A stretch of DNA of 64,000 nt from Basidiobolus meristosporus CBS 931.73. Lineage: Eukaryota; Fungi; Basidiobolomycota. Below are positions 10,675 to 24,312 of this stretch, one piece after another (positions within the stretch are counted from its first letter, which is position 1; the number at the start of each line of letters is the position of its first letter). Under the pieces are notes generated by a model, which made no database searches, was not told the DNA's origin, and worked only from the letters and a program-made list of their open reading frames with translations. The translations under genes and the position numbers were made by a program. The DNA lies in NCBI GenBank assembly GCA_002104905.1, contig MCFE01000412.1, positions 15,659 to 79,658 of the forward strand, read 5' to 3'.

Positions 10675-13600
10675 TTAGCCAAAGCCGAACCCTGTGTTAC
10701 ACTCTTGAATGGCGGTTAGCGTGTTCGAACGGAGTTGCTCGTAGCTCTCGTACTGCGGCAAGTCCAGCTGGTTGAAACAGGTGTGGGCGGAGGGAAGTCG
10801 GTGGGTGGACGACGGGTCCTTGTGGATCTGGAATTTCTGCACCCCGTTCACCCCTTGCAACGAGCTGAAGCCCTCGAGGGGGACCTTGGATGTCCCGGTG
10901 ACGAATTGGATGAGCTTGGCCCTTTCCTCTTGGTCGAAGCTGCGTACCGCTCGCCAGAACCATTGGATCTGGGGGGAGGAGGTGGTGTACCCTTGGTACT
11001 CGGTGTTGTTCTTCCAGTCGTCCACGTCGATGTCGGGCATGCCGGAGATGAGCAGCTCGAGCTCCTGCTCGTTGAAGATGCTGATCAATTGGGGGGAGAT
11101 GATCTCGTGGAAACCGACCAGGAAATTGTCGATCTGATCCTTGATGGCCAGGGTAAGCTTCTGCTCGGTGACCAGCTTCACGTATTCATACTTGTTCTCC
11201 TCCGTCACCGGGATGTCCCGGCCATTGGGCTTCAGGTCGATCACCTTCATCTTGCCGAAGTCGTCAGCCTCTATGCTGAATGTCAAATCGATGATGTCGG
11301 TGATGTCATTCTCGAGCATCCACACCAGACTCTTGAAGTACTCGGGGTCAAGGGCTTCAACATCCTTGTAGTCGACCGATTTGCCGAGGATGTGCTTGTA
11401 GAAAGAGCGGGTGAAATAGCAATCCAGAAGTCTACCATCGTAGATGGCCTTTCCGATAATTCTTCCTACGAATTTGAAGTAGAGAAGGTGATCAGGGTTT
11501 ACCCAGGAGGCTCTGTTCGGCTGATAGGTGACTTTGTCGACCGCAGAGGTCTTGAACAGGGCGTAGTCAGGGTTAAACATCTGTCGGGAGAGAACTTGGA
11601 ACCATTCCCTGGTAACACCACCGGCATCAACGCCCTCTTCGTCATAGAACCGTACACTGAGTTTGCCATTCTTCACCTCATCTCCACCTCTGCCTTGAAG
11701 CTGGTGGAACGAGTCCTCGAAGACGTACTGACGACGGACATTCAGTTGGAGTGTACCGTAGTGCTCGCGGGTGCTGCTTCGTTTGTGCAGCTGCTGGTTG
11801 AAGTAGTTTCGTTTGTTGTCGAAATCCAGGATCTTCGGGTTGTGAACGAGTAGAGAGAAGGAGCCACTCATCAAGGACGGATTGTTACGAACCATGATGT
11901 TCAGGATCTTGCGATGGTCTTCGGTGAAAGTAAAGAACAACTCCTCGCTGTTTTCGTGAACAGCTTGGGGTTGCGCCTGGGCGAACACCACATGCTTGCT
12001 GACAACCATGAAGGACTCGATCAACGGAAGGAGGACCGTGGCCACATGGATCATATCGGTCTTCTCGTGGACGTAGGTCAAACACTCTCCAAGATTTTCC
12101 CAGAGCTTCGTGAACGAGAGATCACCATAGATGCGGACCAGTTGCTCATCGCTTTGCAAGTCGGAGACATCCTTCGGATCCCGCTCCTGAGCTTCCACGG
12201 GAGGCGTGGCCTCATTTACGGAAGCATTCGGGTCTGGACTGATGGGTGGGATGGAGTCGATCTGAGTGCTGGCCGTGCCTGATTGCTTCTTCGAGTATAT
12301 GTAATCGATGGTCTTCAACACCCGCAGAAGCTTCGCCTGTTGGGACGAGGATGGCGAGAACTTCGCCAATGTAACTCCTTGAACGTCGCTTCCGGTCATC
12401 GCATTCTTCAGGATCCCTGACAGGTCCGATAGATCGGCCAGTATATTGTTCCCTAACGCCTGGGCACTAGCAACCAACTCTGAGGTGATTACATCCTTGG
12501 TTCCCTGGAGTGACGACAGGTACTGAATCACAGATAAGGTGTATTGGAACGTTTTACTGCTACATTCACCCGCGGTGAGAACGTTGACGATGGATCGGAG
12601 ACAATTCTCTGGGATCACCGGCGGCTTGAATGGCTTGTCGCCTTCTTCTTGCGCGGTGTTCTTACTGTCTTCCTTCTCCTCAGTGGTCGTCGTGGATTGT
12701 GGCTCGTTGGTCTGAGCTGACTCGTTGTTGGCGGTATTCTCTGATGTGTTATTTGCCGCCTCATCCGTGGTGTTCTTGGATGACTCAGTGGCGGATTTGC
12801 GAGCTAGTGAGGACAATGGCTTACATATAGTGGCAAGTAGATGCATTAGTTGATCCATTAGAGCGGAGCTCTTCAAGAAGCTAGGCTTATCTAGCAAGCC
12901 TAATAAAACAACTATGGGATATCCGCAACCATACTTATCCTTTCCCTTTCCTTTCTTACCGCTCTTTCGGATATTGATGTATTCGGACTCTTTAAGGAAG
13001 AAATGAATGGCCTGCTCATTGTATCCCACAAGATATGCCAACGCTTCCAGACAACGCTGTGCTACCAGGTTAGGGATGTTCTCCGTGTAGACTTGCCCCG
13101 GGTGTGCAGGTGATGTCTGGGGTACCACTCCCTTACCCTTGGGGGTCGATTTTGAGGCAGAGCGAGGAGTGGTTTTGGTGCGAAGAGTCATTTGGGCGAA
13201 GCTTTTGTCAACGGCAGCCAGATCACTACCTCCATCCTGCAGAATGGATATCAAGAGTAAAAGCACATCACCTCTGGTTTTGGTATTCTCGCAGAGATTA
13301 AGTAGAATACGGTGAAGGGTGTTCTTGACCGGCGGCTGTGGCAAGAACAACAGGCGAATCAGGCTGGCGAGTGCCGGTTTGTCGACAAGCTGAATGGCAT
13401 CTCGCACTGCTAGCTGCTTTTTGGAAGACGTGGTTGCGGTCTGGTCACCGCTTGGTCTAACTCGAGCAGCAGCTTGAGTGTATCTGCGACTATAACGATC
13501 CCGGAGTGCGTTAGCCTCGGCCACGATAGAAGGTGGGAGGGTCGAAAGGAGCATTTCGTCTTGCTCCATCAGAACAGTCTCTCTAAGTTGCGGGTCGAGT

Positions 13601-16600
13601 GATGCAAGGAAACTAGCGGGGTCCATGTCATTGGCAGATGGAGGTTGTGCGTCCAGCTGTCTTTGTCTTTCCCGTCGCTCTTGTTCTAATCTCTCCTGTT
13701 CAAGGACCTCCTCTCTAATGTCCGGTGGAAGAGCGTCCAAAAATTCAGCACTGATCTGGGACTCCCCGGCAAGTTGGAGGTTCGATTGCTGACTATCGTC
13801 GGCATCACTTTCCTCCAGCGCCTGACTCTCTAACTGTTGCTGCTGTCTTTCGCGGAAATGTTGATTTAATACTTCTGCTCTTAAATCTTCCGGCAACGCT
13901 TCCAAGAAGGTCGGGTCAATGCCGGAGTCCGTGATATCTACGGTGTCACCGTTGATTGTCACAGTAGTCCGTGATGGAGCTTCAGAGGATGAAGCATCTA
14001 CGCTCATTGGTTCCTGGTCTTCAGTAGTCTGAGGTGGTTCTTGGGTTACTGGAGGATTTTCTTCAGTATTTTCGATAACAGTCTCAACCTCTTCGACCGC
14101 AGGGGGAGCTGCTTCTGCCGCTATATCGGATGGCTCGGCATTCTCGTGAACCGGCTCCGGAAGGGTTTCAGGCACCTCGGTGGTAGGAGCGGTGGCTTCA
14201 GTTTGCTCCATTGGCTCATCCGATCTCTCCACTGTGGCATCATCCACGATGATCTCTTCCTCTTGGACGGCTTCCTCTTCAGCCTTCTTTTGATCCTCGA
14301 TGGCAATGGGAACAAGTACGTTGAGGACACAGTTAGTTAACCGAGCGGTTTTGTCGGATATGAGGTTTCCGTAGAGAATGCGGCACTCCTGATACCAACG
14401 CTCACTGGTGCCTTGCGGGGCAAAATCATTCACCACGTTCAATGGGTCATAGGCAGCTGGCTCGCCACCTGCGCTGCTATTGTTGGCAGATGATAACACG
14501 CGATCCAATCCACCCATTGATCCGCCAAATCCGGCCGAGTTGTTACTGACATCCACGCGATATACGTTGGAGCCAGATCCTCTGGAGCTACGGTTGAGCA
14601 GTTGCTCCAATAGCTGAACAGCGCTACCTCCTATCATATCCTCAAACGACTGCCAGTCTGACACATGAGATGCACGTCCTCGAGTCACGTCAAGAGTCGG
14701 GTTGGAAGCTGGCAAGCTGTTGATGAGAAGTGGATGAGCGGATCCATCAAATCCTCTTGATGGTAACCGATTGGACATGCGACCAAACAACTGGAAATCG
14801 GAGTCGTCCGCATAAGCAAGTCGGTTCTGCTCGCTGTCACCCAAATGTAGATCGAATGTGTCGGAGTGCATTCCAACTTCAAGCAAGGTTCTTCTAACCG
14901 GGAAGTGTCTACCGTGGCGACGGTTTCCAAGATTGACGATGGCACGATTCTGTCTGGTAGGAATATCGTCACCAAACAGCTCTTCATCGTGAATGAATGG
15001 TCGATGCTGATCAAGAGCGAATCCAAACCCATCCTCAAGTTGGTCCTCAAGCGTAATCTCTGGGTCCAAATCCTGGCTATCATCAAGATCATCCTCGATA
15101 TCGTCATCTTCCTCACCTCCGAAGATCAGGTCGCGTTCAGCATCATCCAGATGCAACTCTACGTCCAGTGGATCATCGTTGTCATCCACGATCTCTGCAA
15201 TGTCCTCGTCGGAAAGAACATGATTGACCTCGTCAACTTCCCATGACATCTCACGAGCATCTCTATCGTCATCCAAATCATCATCGTCGTCGTCGAGTTC
15301 ATCTTCTGCACCTTCTTCACTGCCGTATGATGGATGGATCACAATTTCCATGTCAACATTGTCGCCATCTGCCATATCGTCCTCATCTTCGTCGCTGACA
15401 TCGCTTGCATCGCTAGACATCTCGTCGAAGTCCCCTTCATCGAAGTCTTCCTCATCTTCCGTATCAATGTCATCATCCTCATCTTCGTCAAGCGAAGTGG
15501 CTCCTTCGAACATACCCAAAGAAGAATTTCGATAAAGATCTGGCGCTTCCTCTGGCTCACTCTCTCCAGTGTCAAGATCATCGTAGGAGTAGTAGCTCTC
15601 TTCATCGCTAGCAGTCTGCTTGTTTGACGATTCCGCCTGCTTGCCCATCTTGATTGCGACCTTGGACAAGAACTCCAACGGCCTCAAGAAAGCACTTGTG
15701 AGAGTTTTCGAGGAAGGGTAATTGAGGTCAACCTCTGACAACCCATTGGTTAGCAGAGTAACGAAGTTCTTTTCAACCATCATCTTGGCAACGCTAGTCG
15801 ACTGGATATCATTAGCCTTGCTTCCAAGGCCTGGGGACGAGGATCTATGAGATAGGATCTTCAAGCACAAGTCAGCCAAGGCCAAGAACCTCCCGTACTT
15901 GACGTCAGTCGGGCTGTTGGAAGCAATGGCATCTTTGAACGAGCGAACTATGGCATCAAGTACGAACTTCTTAACCTGCAGTAGGTTGTTGTGCGCTGCC
16001 TTATCTTCACCAGTATCTTCCTTGGTACAAAGTGTGGTGATTACTGAGGCTGCCCATGTAGTCTGCTTGTGCTGTTTTCTAATCTCGGTATCCAGAACTT
16101 CCGGCGAATCATGTACCCCGTTGTAGGGTAATAAATCGTTCAAAAGGTGACTCAAGAAGTTCGAACGATGCTTTTGTGGAGTCTGACTCTCTTTCTGTGG
16201 AGTATGAGGCTCCTTCGAATGCTTTTTGACTCTATTGTAGGTCATAACATCCGAATGACAATGAGGATATGACGAGAGAAGTTCCGTCAAGCACTGAAGT
16301 AAGAAACAACGGTATACAAATATCTTGTCCTCTTCTGTGGGCTGTTTGGCGACCTCCTTTGGTTTGGTGGTTTCTTCGTTCGACGCTTCCTTCTCGTCCA
16401 CGCTCATTCCAACCGGAACATCAAAGCCAGAAGGTTGCTTAGAAGATTTGTATCGCAACGACATCAATTCTTCAATCAAGAAATGGATCAAAGTTTCCGA
16501 GATTGTGGACAAGGATGTCAAGGTTTCTTTAGCGTCCACCATCATCTCGATGTCCTCGTTGTGGGCACGATTATCCTCTTGCTTGCCGGTGGCACCGGCT

Positions 16601-19600
16601 TCGTGCTTTTCCTCCTCTTTTTTGTGCAAAGTAATCTGGGGGCTTCTGCCATTAGGATCGTATTTCGAGAGTCGGCAAACTGATTTGGTGGCTTCGACGA
16701 ATTGCTCAGGGTTTCTCAGTGCTACTGGACCCAGGTTTCTGATAAATGTGCTAACATCAACAAGTCGAGGTCTAGGATGAGTGAACCACGAAGTGATCTT
16801 TTGCTCCATCATCTTTTTCAGAACTTGCGCACTTTCGATTACGTGCCGTAAAATGATGATGGTATATGCCGATTGCCCTTGGAAACCAGAAGTCCCCTCT
16901 TTGTAGGAGGTGAAGAGCAGCGGCATCTTGCCCGAATTGGCGAAGTTCACAGCAAACGTATGATCTCTAGTAAGACGAACCAGGATTCTAAGTACTGCGT
17001 GATGAATATCTTGAGGAATGCTCAGCTCCAACATATTTAGGCACCCTTCCATCAATAATTCACGATCCGAACTCGACACCTCGATAGCAAGCGAGTCAGT
17101 CTCCACTGGTGTAGATTTACTCTCGTCTGACTCATACTCAAGCTTGACGGATTTGGGCTCATCGGCAAGAGATATGCAGGCCTCGATTACCAATAATGAG
17201 GGAGTGACCCACAAAGGAATTGCTTCAGTCTGGAAAGGCGTTTCTGGGGAGACCATCTTAATCAACATGGGGATGTACTTGTCGGAATGGAATATGGCTT
17301 TAGATTGAGCCGATGCATCATTGAGCAGCAATGCAAGCAAACGAAGATAGACACCCATGGTACGCTCATCCAATCCACCTGAACCGAGTGGATTAAATCC
17401 AATGATTTGATCAATCAAATTACCAAAGATATCGCCTTCCTCGTCTTTGAGCGAGAGAACAAGTAGATCGCGAACATCGAAAACGATCTCTTCAGAATTA
17501 TTCAGAAGCTCGATACTACGAGAGACGATTTCCGCCTTCAAACTTTGGCGTGCCTCATGATATTGCTGGTACATAGAGAACTCCTTCTCCTTCCCTTTGG
17601 CCTCCTCCTCATTGCTCGAGGCTCCTGCTGCTTCATTTGTTGTTGCATTTTCGCACGGTTCCGACTCTACTGCAGCTTTCTCTTCCATAACCTCATCAGT
17701 CGACATCGCTGTCTCGCGGTTCTCGGGATTAGTAGCAGCATCACCTTGGCCACCCTCAGTGACGTCCATACTTGCTTCATCCGGGCGGGCTGTGTTCCCT
17801 TCTGTTCTGCTGGTTGAAGCTTCTTCTGAAGAATACATGGCCACGGCCTCTGGGTGGGTTAGAAGGTATTCCGCGGCACGGCCTACATGATTCATGCAGC
17901 GAGTAAGCGCCATTTCTGCGGCTCCTCTAGGGAAACCCATATCAATCAACTGCTGAATCTTGTTTTCATCCGGGACAAATGGTCGCGGACTGAAAACAGA
18001 GCTTGCTACGGTGGCTTTTGCAAGCCCAGTAGGGCGGGAGTCTTGCTCTCCCTCACCCTTCAATATCTGAATGATATTTTGTAAGGTAGATTTCACAATT
18101 GTTGAAGGGCAGTCTTTGATGTAGTCGTCACGTAGCAAATCAACCACATTTGGAAGTATTTTGCTTCGGATCTCCACCAGAAATTCGTGCGGATCAAAAG
18201 AGCTAGCAGCACGGTCTTTGTCCTTGGACACCATGTTTAGCAGATGTGGAGACTCATGCAGCAACTTCGCAGAAGACAAAAATTGGAAAAAGTTCAGGGC
18301 AACCTCAATCGCCCCGTTGGCATGCGCCAACTTCTGCTTGATTTCTTGATCCTCGCTTCCTACAGTCTTACCATGGACCTCTTTTGCAGCGGCCCAAAGT
18401 TGATTCACAATACTGAACACGCATTCCAAGCCATCAGATTTCACAAACTCCAGCACAAGCATGACTTGCAGATACATCTGGTTACGTTCATCCAAGAAGA
18501 GCACTGATAACAAGCCAAGCATAGCAGTGAAATAGCTGAATTGCTCCGTATCAAAGATGTGACCATCCTTCAAAACCCTGGACCACGTAAGGTGCTCCTT
18601 GGCGACTGTCGAAATGTCCTTGGCCAACATGAAGGCCAACTTTTTCTGAGCAGGCTCCATTACTCGACGAGTGGCAAGGATCTTGGATAGCCCTTGGAAC
18701 AGCGGAGTTAGGCAGGTAGGTATTTGAGAGGCCAAGAATTTGAAGTATTTAGTATTCTGGACTTGAGGATATTCGGAGGCATCAAAGTCGCCTTCTGATT
18801 TCTCATTTCCGGGGGCAGGTGTCTCGCCACTGGGTTCGTCAATAGCTCTCGGTGTATCGCCCAGTGTAGATTCGTTTTCCTTGGCGGCTTCCCCAGTAGA
18901 TTCCGGTCCATCTTTCTTGGATTTTTTCTTGATTGTATACCACTCCTTTGGCACGGTATTCTTCAGAATAATATTCTCCCAAACACAGGTGCGGTGCAAC
19001 TCTCCCAGCATGCTCACCACTTGACTGCCAACCTCCCCGGTGAACGCCCCAATGACAGTGGTGATATTCTTGCTGTGCGAAAAGACGGGGGTACAGTAGA
19101 TATCTGACAGTAGTCCAACAAATCCATGGAGGGAAACAAGCGAACGAAACACTCTATTGCCTTCATCCACTTTCTTAGGATCGGCTGGGTTGAGATCTAG
19201 GTAGTTAATGATGATCCCATCACTGCTTTCAGCTTTCAAAAACGAGCCTGATCCTTGCAATGCCTGATGAAGTTCGTTCAGAATGGCGGTCACAACCGAG
19301 TTGGCATCGACCTCGCTCATTACTCGGAACAAATGAGACAAGGAGTATGATGCCGAGGAGGTTGAGAAATCGTAGGGTACCGTGGGTAACGCGTAGAACT
19401 TCAATATGATACTTAAACCATCCAACTTGAGAAACTCTTTACAGTGGGATGCATTTTGAAACAGTCCCTCTAGGAACCTAGCAAATATCTCGATGAAGTT
19501 CACAACTGTATTCTCCTTCTTATCACTGGATTTTTTGACCTCCGTATCAGTCATAGTAGCATCTTGACTTGGTGATGAGCTACTATCCGCGACAGAATTC

Positions 19601-21854
19601 TCAGTGGCTTTGGCGAGCTGTAGGCGATAATCGCCATCCGCCTCCCTACCAGTGACTACATCCTCTCCCATCTGAACAATCTTATTTGCCATTGTGATGA
19701 TAGAGCTCATGACAGCATCCTGCAGACTGGGGTGATGGCGAATCAGCTCGTCTATAGAAGTGCCGAGAACAGCAGGAACATCACCATCTTGTAGAGCGTC
19801 CAAATGCGGAAGAGAAGTGAAGATTTTGAAGAACTGTTCGATTTGATGGGATTCCTTGAAAGCTTCTAGGCCCGGCCCATTGAGACAGATGGCTCCAAAG
19901 GCATTGGGGATCGACGAAATAACATCGGCCGAGGTGGGGATATCCTTCTGAATGGTCTCCAAAAAGGTTTGCGGCAGCTTGGCCTCCTGAAGTATGGGCA
20001 AGGAGGTGGGCTCGTTGTGAATAAAGGTGGCCATGATGTTGACCACAAGGCCAAATATACTGCTTCCAAAGATCTTCGGGTGCTCAAGGACAGTTCTAAG
20101 AGAATGAGGGAAGGTGGAATCCACCAAGTTTCTCAAACCATCAGCGGTGCCAGAAGTCTGCATCATGTGTAAGATAAACTTGAGCATCGACTTCACAAAC
20201 GAGGTTCTTTCGTTTGGAATGAATGTCTTCTCTGGGGAAAGCTCGAACTCTTTGTTGATCTCCATGCAGTGGGCAACCTCGCCACGGATACGGTCGACCA
20301 GGATCTGAATTCCGTTGGCTTCGCAGAAAGTAGTGAAGGAGTTCGGGAAGCCATAGACAATTCCGTCAAGAAGACTGACTACACGGGTAACACTCTTGAT
20401 ATGCCGGGCTTCTCTGCTGTCAAGAATCGAGAGCAGAACAGGAATAATCCCAGCGGCAATCACCATATTGCCGCCGCTCTGTGTTGTGATGATGTAGCCG
20501 ATGAGTGAGAACAAAGCATCGATGAAGTCCTGGGGATAGTTTGTTTCTCCAGCTGCTACACTAGCTGCTACCTTTCGCAACAGATACATCAAGATACCAT
20601 GATTGGCCGAGGCATTAATCGCTGTCAAGATATCAGTCAACTTCGACCTGTAACGGCCAATCCCGTCGATGGCGTACAATGCAACGGTTTGAATGTCGAA
20701 GGGGACGTCGTTGTCCGGGTGAAGTAGTTCTGCCAAGTGGGAGCTACAATCGGGTTCGTATAGAAACAGCTTTGCTTGTGCAATCGGCTCGGTCACCACA
20801 TGCGCCATGATGGAGATAGCGAGGATTCGAATGATCAGGAGTTTCTTGCGTTCCTCGGGGTCATTCAACCCCCTTGCTAGCCGAATCCGATGGAAGAGTG
20901 AGAATGCTTTGTTCGATGGCACCTGGTATTGTTCAACCAGCTCATCCAACACTTCCTGGTCACTTTTGTGGTCGACAGTTGAATTCGGGATCGTGATGAC
21001 AACCAAACCTTCCGATATTTTGGATGCACTAGGCTCTCTCTGTCTATGGGATGGAGTAGGGGTTATTGGTGGCTCTGTGTTGTCGCTTTGTTTCAGAGTA
21101 CGATAGAACTGGTAGGATAACGAGGTCAAATCTTCAGGAATCTTGGTCTCACTCGAGCCCAATTGAAGAAACTCTAACCCATAGTCCTTGGTTCCCCAGC
21201 TCTGAGCCAGAGTCAATATTCGATCCTGTGTGACTGAGAAACTAGCTCTGAGAGAGCGCTGGCTGCTTAACCGCTGGGCAGGGCGAAGCATCAAACGCAG
21301 CGTCGTTTCTAGGATGACCAAATCATTCGTATGCAACAAATCGTTTAAATGCTGTAGTAGAAGCATGAGTGTGAGTGGTTAATAACAACATAGCAGCAAA
21401 GATCGACCTAGAGCAAACTTACCTCGTATGAATTGTAGATGTTTCTGTTCGTGCAGTTTTCTAAAAGGAGTCTTGAAAAGTGCAAGATTCCTTTTAGCAG
21501 GGTGAAAGTAAGCTGTGAAAAGCTTTTCTGTTGGATGTTTTTGAGCTCGTATTCTTTGCATATATCCTCAAGAATGCGATCAAATCTATCTAATACAATT
21601 ATCCAGTTGTACAAATCACCTCGAGAATAGGGCCATTCCTTTATGGAATCGAGCTTTGCAGCTAGATCAGAGTCAGTGATAGTGGATAACTCTTCAATCA
21701 ATTCCTTCATCTTAGGTGGCTGCAAGAAGAAAAGTTAATGAATGCACACGGAAAAGGCCCTCAAGAGCGCACAAGTTGGCCAAACGATCTACGCAAACAG
21801 ATGGATATTTACCATGGGTGCCAGTTTTTTTGGAGGGCTCTTTTTGATCTTCAT
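10675..21854 (-). CDS. TOM1: HECT E3 ubiquitin ligase Tom1/HUWE1, 3 exons (21854-21813, 21719-21423, 21351-10675)
   Basis: Start MKIKKSPPKKLAPM, UBA-like IQQLIDMGFPRGAAE, UBM-like IDPTFLEALPEDLRAEVL, and C-terminal HECT ending RLPSAHTCFNQLDLP...GFGFG. Confidence 0.97.
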
Positions 21855-22452
21855 TTTGAGCAGTAGAAATTGCTGTGCTATTAAGGAGTACTTGTGTTGT
21901 CAGCTTCTAGCTCAAAATCGATTCTCCACACGACTTGTGACACAAATCCTGATTTATATGACGTTGCAAAAATATACTTGAACGGTGTGGAAAGTCGGCG
22001 GTTAACTCAGAAAGAAATAGGTTTAACTGAAAATGCGGACCAGCTTTTTCAAGGAGTATGATTTATGTTGTGTTGATGTTCAGGGTAATAAGATCTTGAA
22101 AAGGGTCAGAAAATAGGATGATTTGAAAAATACTAGCTTACGCATCCAATGTCCTATTCCATAGCCATAGCCTAATTGAACGTTGGATTTACTACTCCCA
22201 TTTAGAGTTGCGTCATCAAAATCCCCGTAAAATTTTTCATGGATGATGTCGGTATTTCCTGGGAAATCATGGGAAACGGCGTATTAATAATCAGCAATTG
22301 GACTTGGAAAATCAGCCTAATCGAGAGCCGACCTAGCGTTAATTTATTTCTTGATTTGTAAAAATGACGGATTATTTAACAAGCAGAGACTGCGACGAGG
22401 TGTATGAAACATTATCAATCTGGTATTTTACCCGGTAGACGAGGCGCTGATG

Positions 22453-23904
22453 TCAATCCACGTATTTCCAAAGGCCGCAATCCACGCAGTCTTGATCGGG
22501 TTCGCAGGCGGTAACGTTGTCCCAGGGCTTTAGAACCTTCTCAATGACATCCTCAATACGGTGTAGCCGCACATCGGATTTCCATCCGTACTTGGAAATG
22601 ACATCGTAGCTGCAGGACTTCCCGGTGTGGCACTTGCTTTCCATCGCATAGCCAGCATAATAGCATGAGCTGGCCGCTCCCTATTTAGCATGGATTAGTA
22701 TGGGAATAGACATGATTAGCGCGTTTGTTGGTGTTTACATACCGTACACGATCCCGTGTAGATGGGATCGGCGTTGTGCCCAAAATGCCACACTGGAATG
22801 TCTTGCATATCAATTCCAGGTGGCATTGGGAGATGAAGTCGCTTTGCGGCCATTAATTCTCCAGGCGCCTCAAATGTGACTGTTGGGATACCAAAAGTAA
22901 GGCCGACGAGACCTGCTACCGCACCGCCTAGCGAATGTCCAGTGAACCATATACTTGATTGAGGATACATGTCTGCTACGTTGAAAAAGATTTTCTATCA
23001 TAGGGAGTTGTTACTGGAGGTGGAACAGGTATTGGCTTCAGTCAATTGCTACTTACGAACGCGGCATTATAGTAAACACTATCTCCTGTTAGACTCTGCT
23101 CTACACAAGTTTGATTACACATGTTGCTTCCCATGTAGCAATCGCAAACAGGCGACCAGGTGGCATCTACCCGAGCACAGCAGCAGGAAAACAGCAGATT
23201 GTCATTCACTTTATCGTTGGCAGACGTTTCTCCGTCCCCCATCCATAAAAAGGCGGCACTAGTCCCCTTAATGGCCAACACTAGGGTGGTGTTCGCTTCG
23301 TTTCCAAAGACGTATCCTCTCAACCCATCTTTCTCCCATCCAAAAGAGGAATTCTAATATAAATCAGGTCAGCACTTGAATAGCAAACATTCCTCTTAAC
23401 GGTACCGCTAACCTTTTGCCACTTGTCGCCCATATCATACCACTTGTTCTTTTTCGGGGATAAATATGCGTTGTGAGTCATCTTTGCCATGCTCAAGACC
23501 GTCTCTTTGTCTGTAATGTCTGGAATTTTAATCTCCTCTCGTCTCCAGGTGTTGTATCTTGGGTGTCTCCCAAAAGCGTTGTAATACTGAACGTTGTCAT
23601 TATCAGGTAGAAGTACATTTTGGTGTTTTGTTTTTATCTGAACAGCGGTAGAAGCGGCTGATAGAATCCCATAATCCGGAATTTCAAGATCCTCGTCAGC
23701 GTAATCCGCCATGAATACATCGCTCGCTTGGAAATCCTGTCTTCTAAGGAGTTTGTCGTTGATAACCCCTTGGTGAAACATGTGCTTTAGCCGTAGGGTA
23801 TCTTCATTGCTCGATGGGTTGAATACAGTTTGGCGCAGTTGTGCCTTAGATTGAGGGAATCTTGTGAGAGAAAGCACTGCTATCAGCAATCCTTTGAATA
23901 ACAT
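22453..23904 (-). CDS. ATG15: Autophagy lipase Atg15, multi-exon
   Basis: N-terminal hydrophobic anchor; [11 protein letters not shown]; LVLAIKGTS; [11 protein letters not shown]; lipase motif [10 protein letters not shown]; C-terminal DCVDCGLW. Confidence 0.9.
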
Positions 23905-24312
23905 GTTTAGTAGACACTGAATTGAGGCAGAGTCGTTGTAGTATAAATAACGGTCACACATCCCTTACGGCACGTGACATCGGGGGTTTACTCGATCATA
24001 TCAATCGCCATTAGACTCATCACATGCCCACCTATCAATCAATGAATACCGATCTCCACGATTGCTCTAGTCATGGGAAAGGGCGGATGAATAACAAGGT
24101 GTCATGTGAGATGGTTAGGAAACTGCCATTGTGAGCGGTAATCTTTTTTTTTATCCAGTGCATCAAGGTTTATGCCAAAATCCTTTGATTTAAGCTAGAT
24201 ACAAAACCAGCCACGGAAAATAGGCAGCAAAGTGATTTTTACTCAAAAAATTGGAAGTATATATATCAAACAAATCACCACGAGGATTGTCCCTTTACTT
24301 GAACCTAGAGCG

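Noticed and set aside
10735-11853. 372-aa + strand ORF and many other antisense ORFs over TOM1, PRP6, RSC8, MDH and the chitosanases
   Set aside because: Shadow ORFs produced by codon bias of the real genes on the opposite strand.
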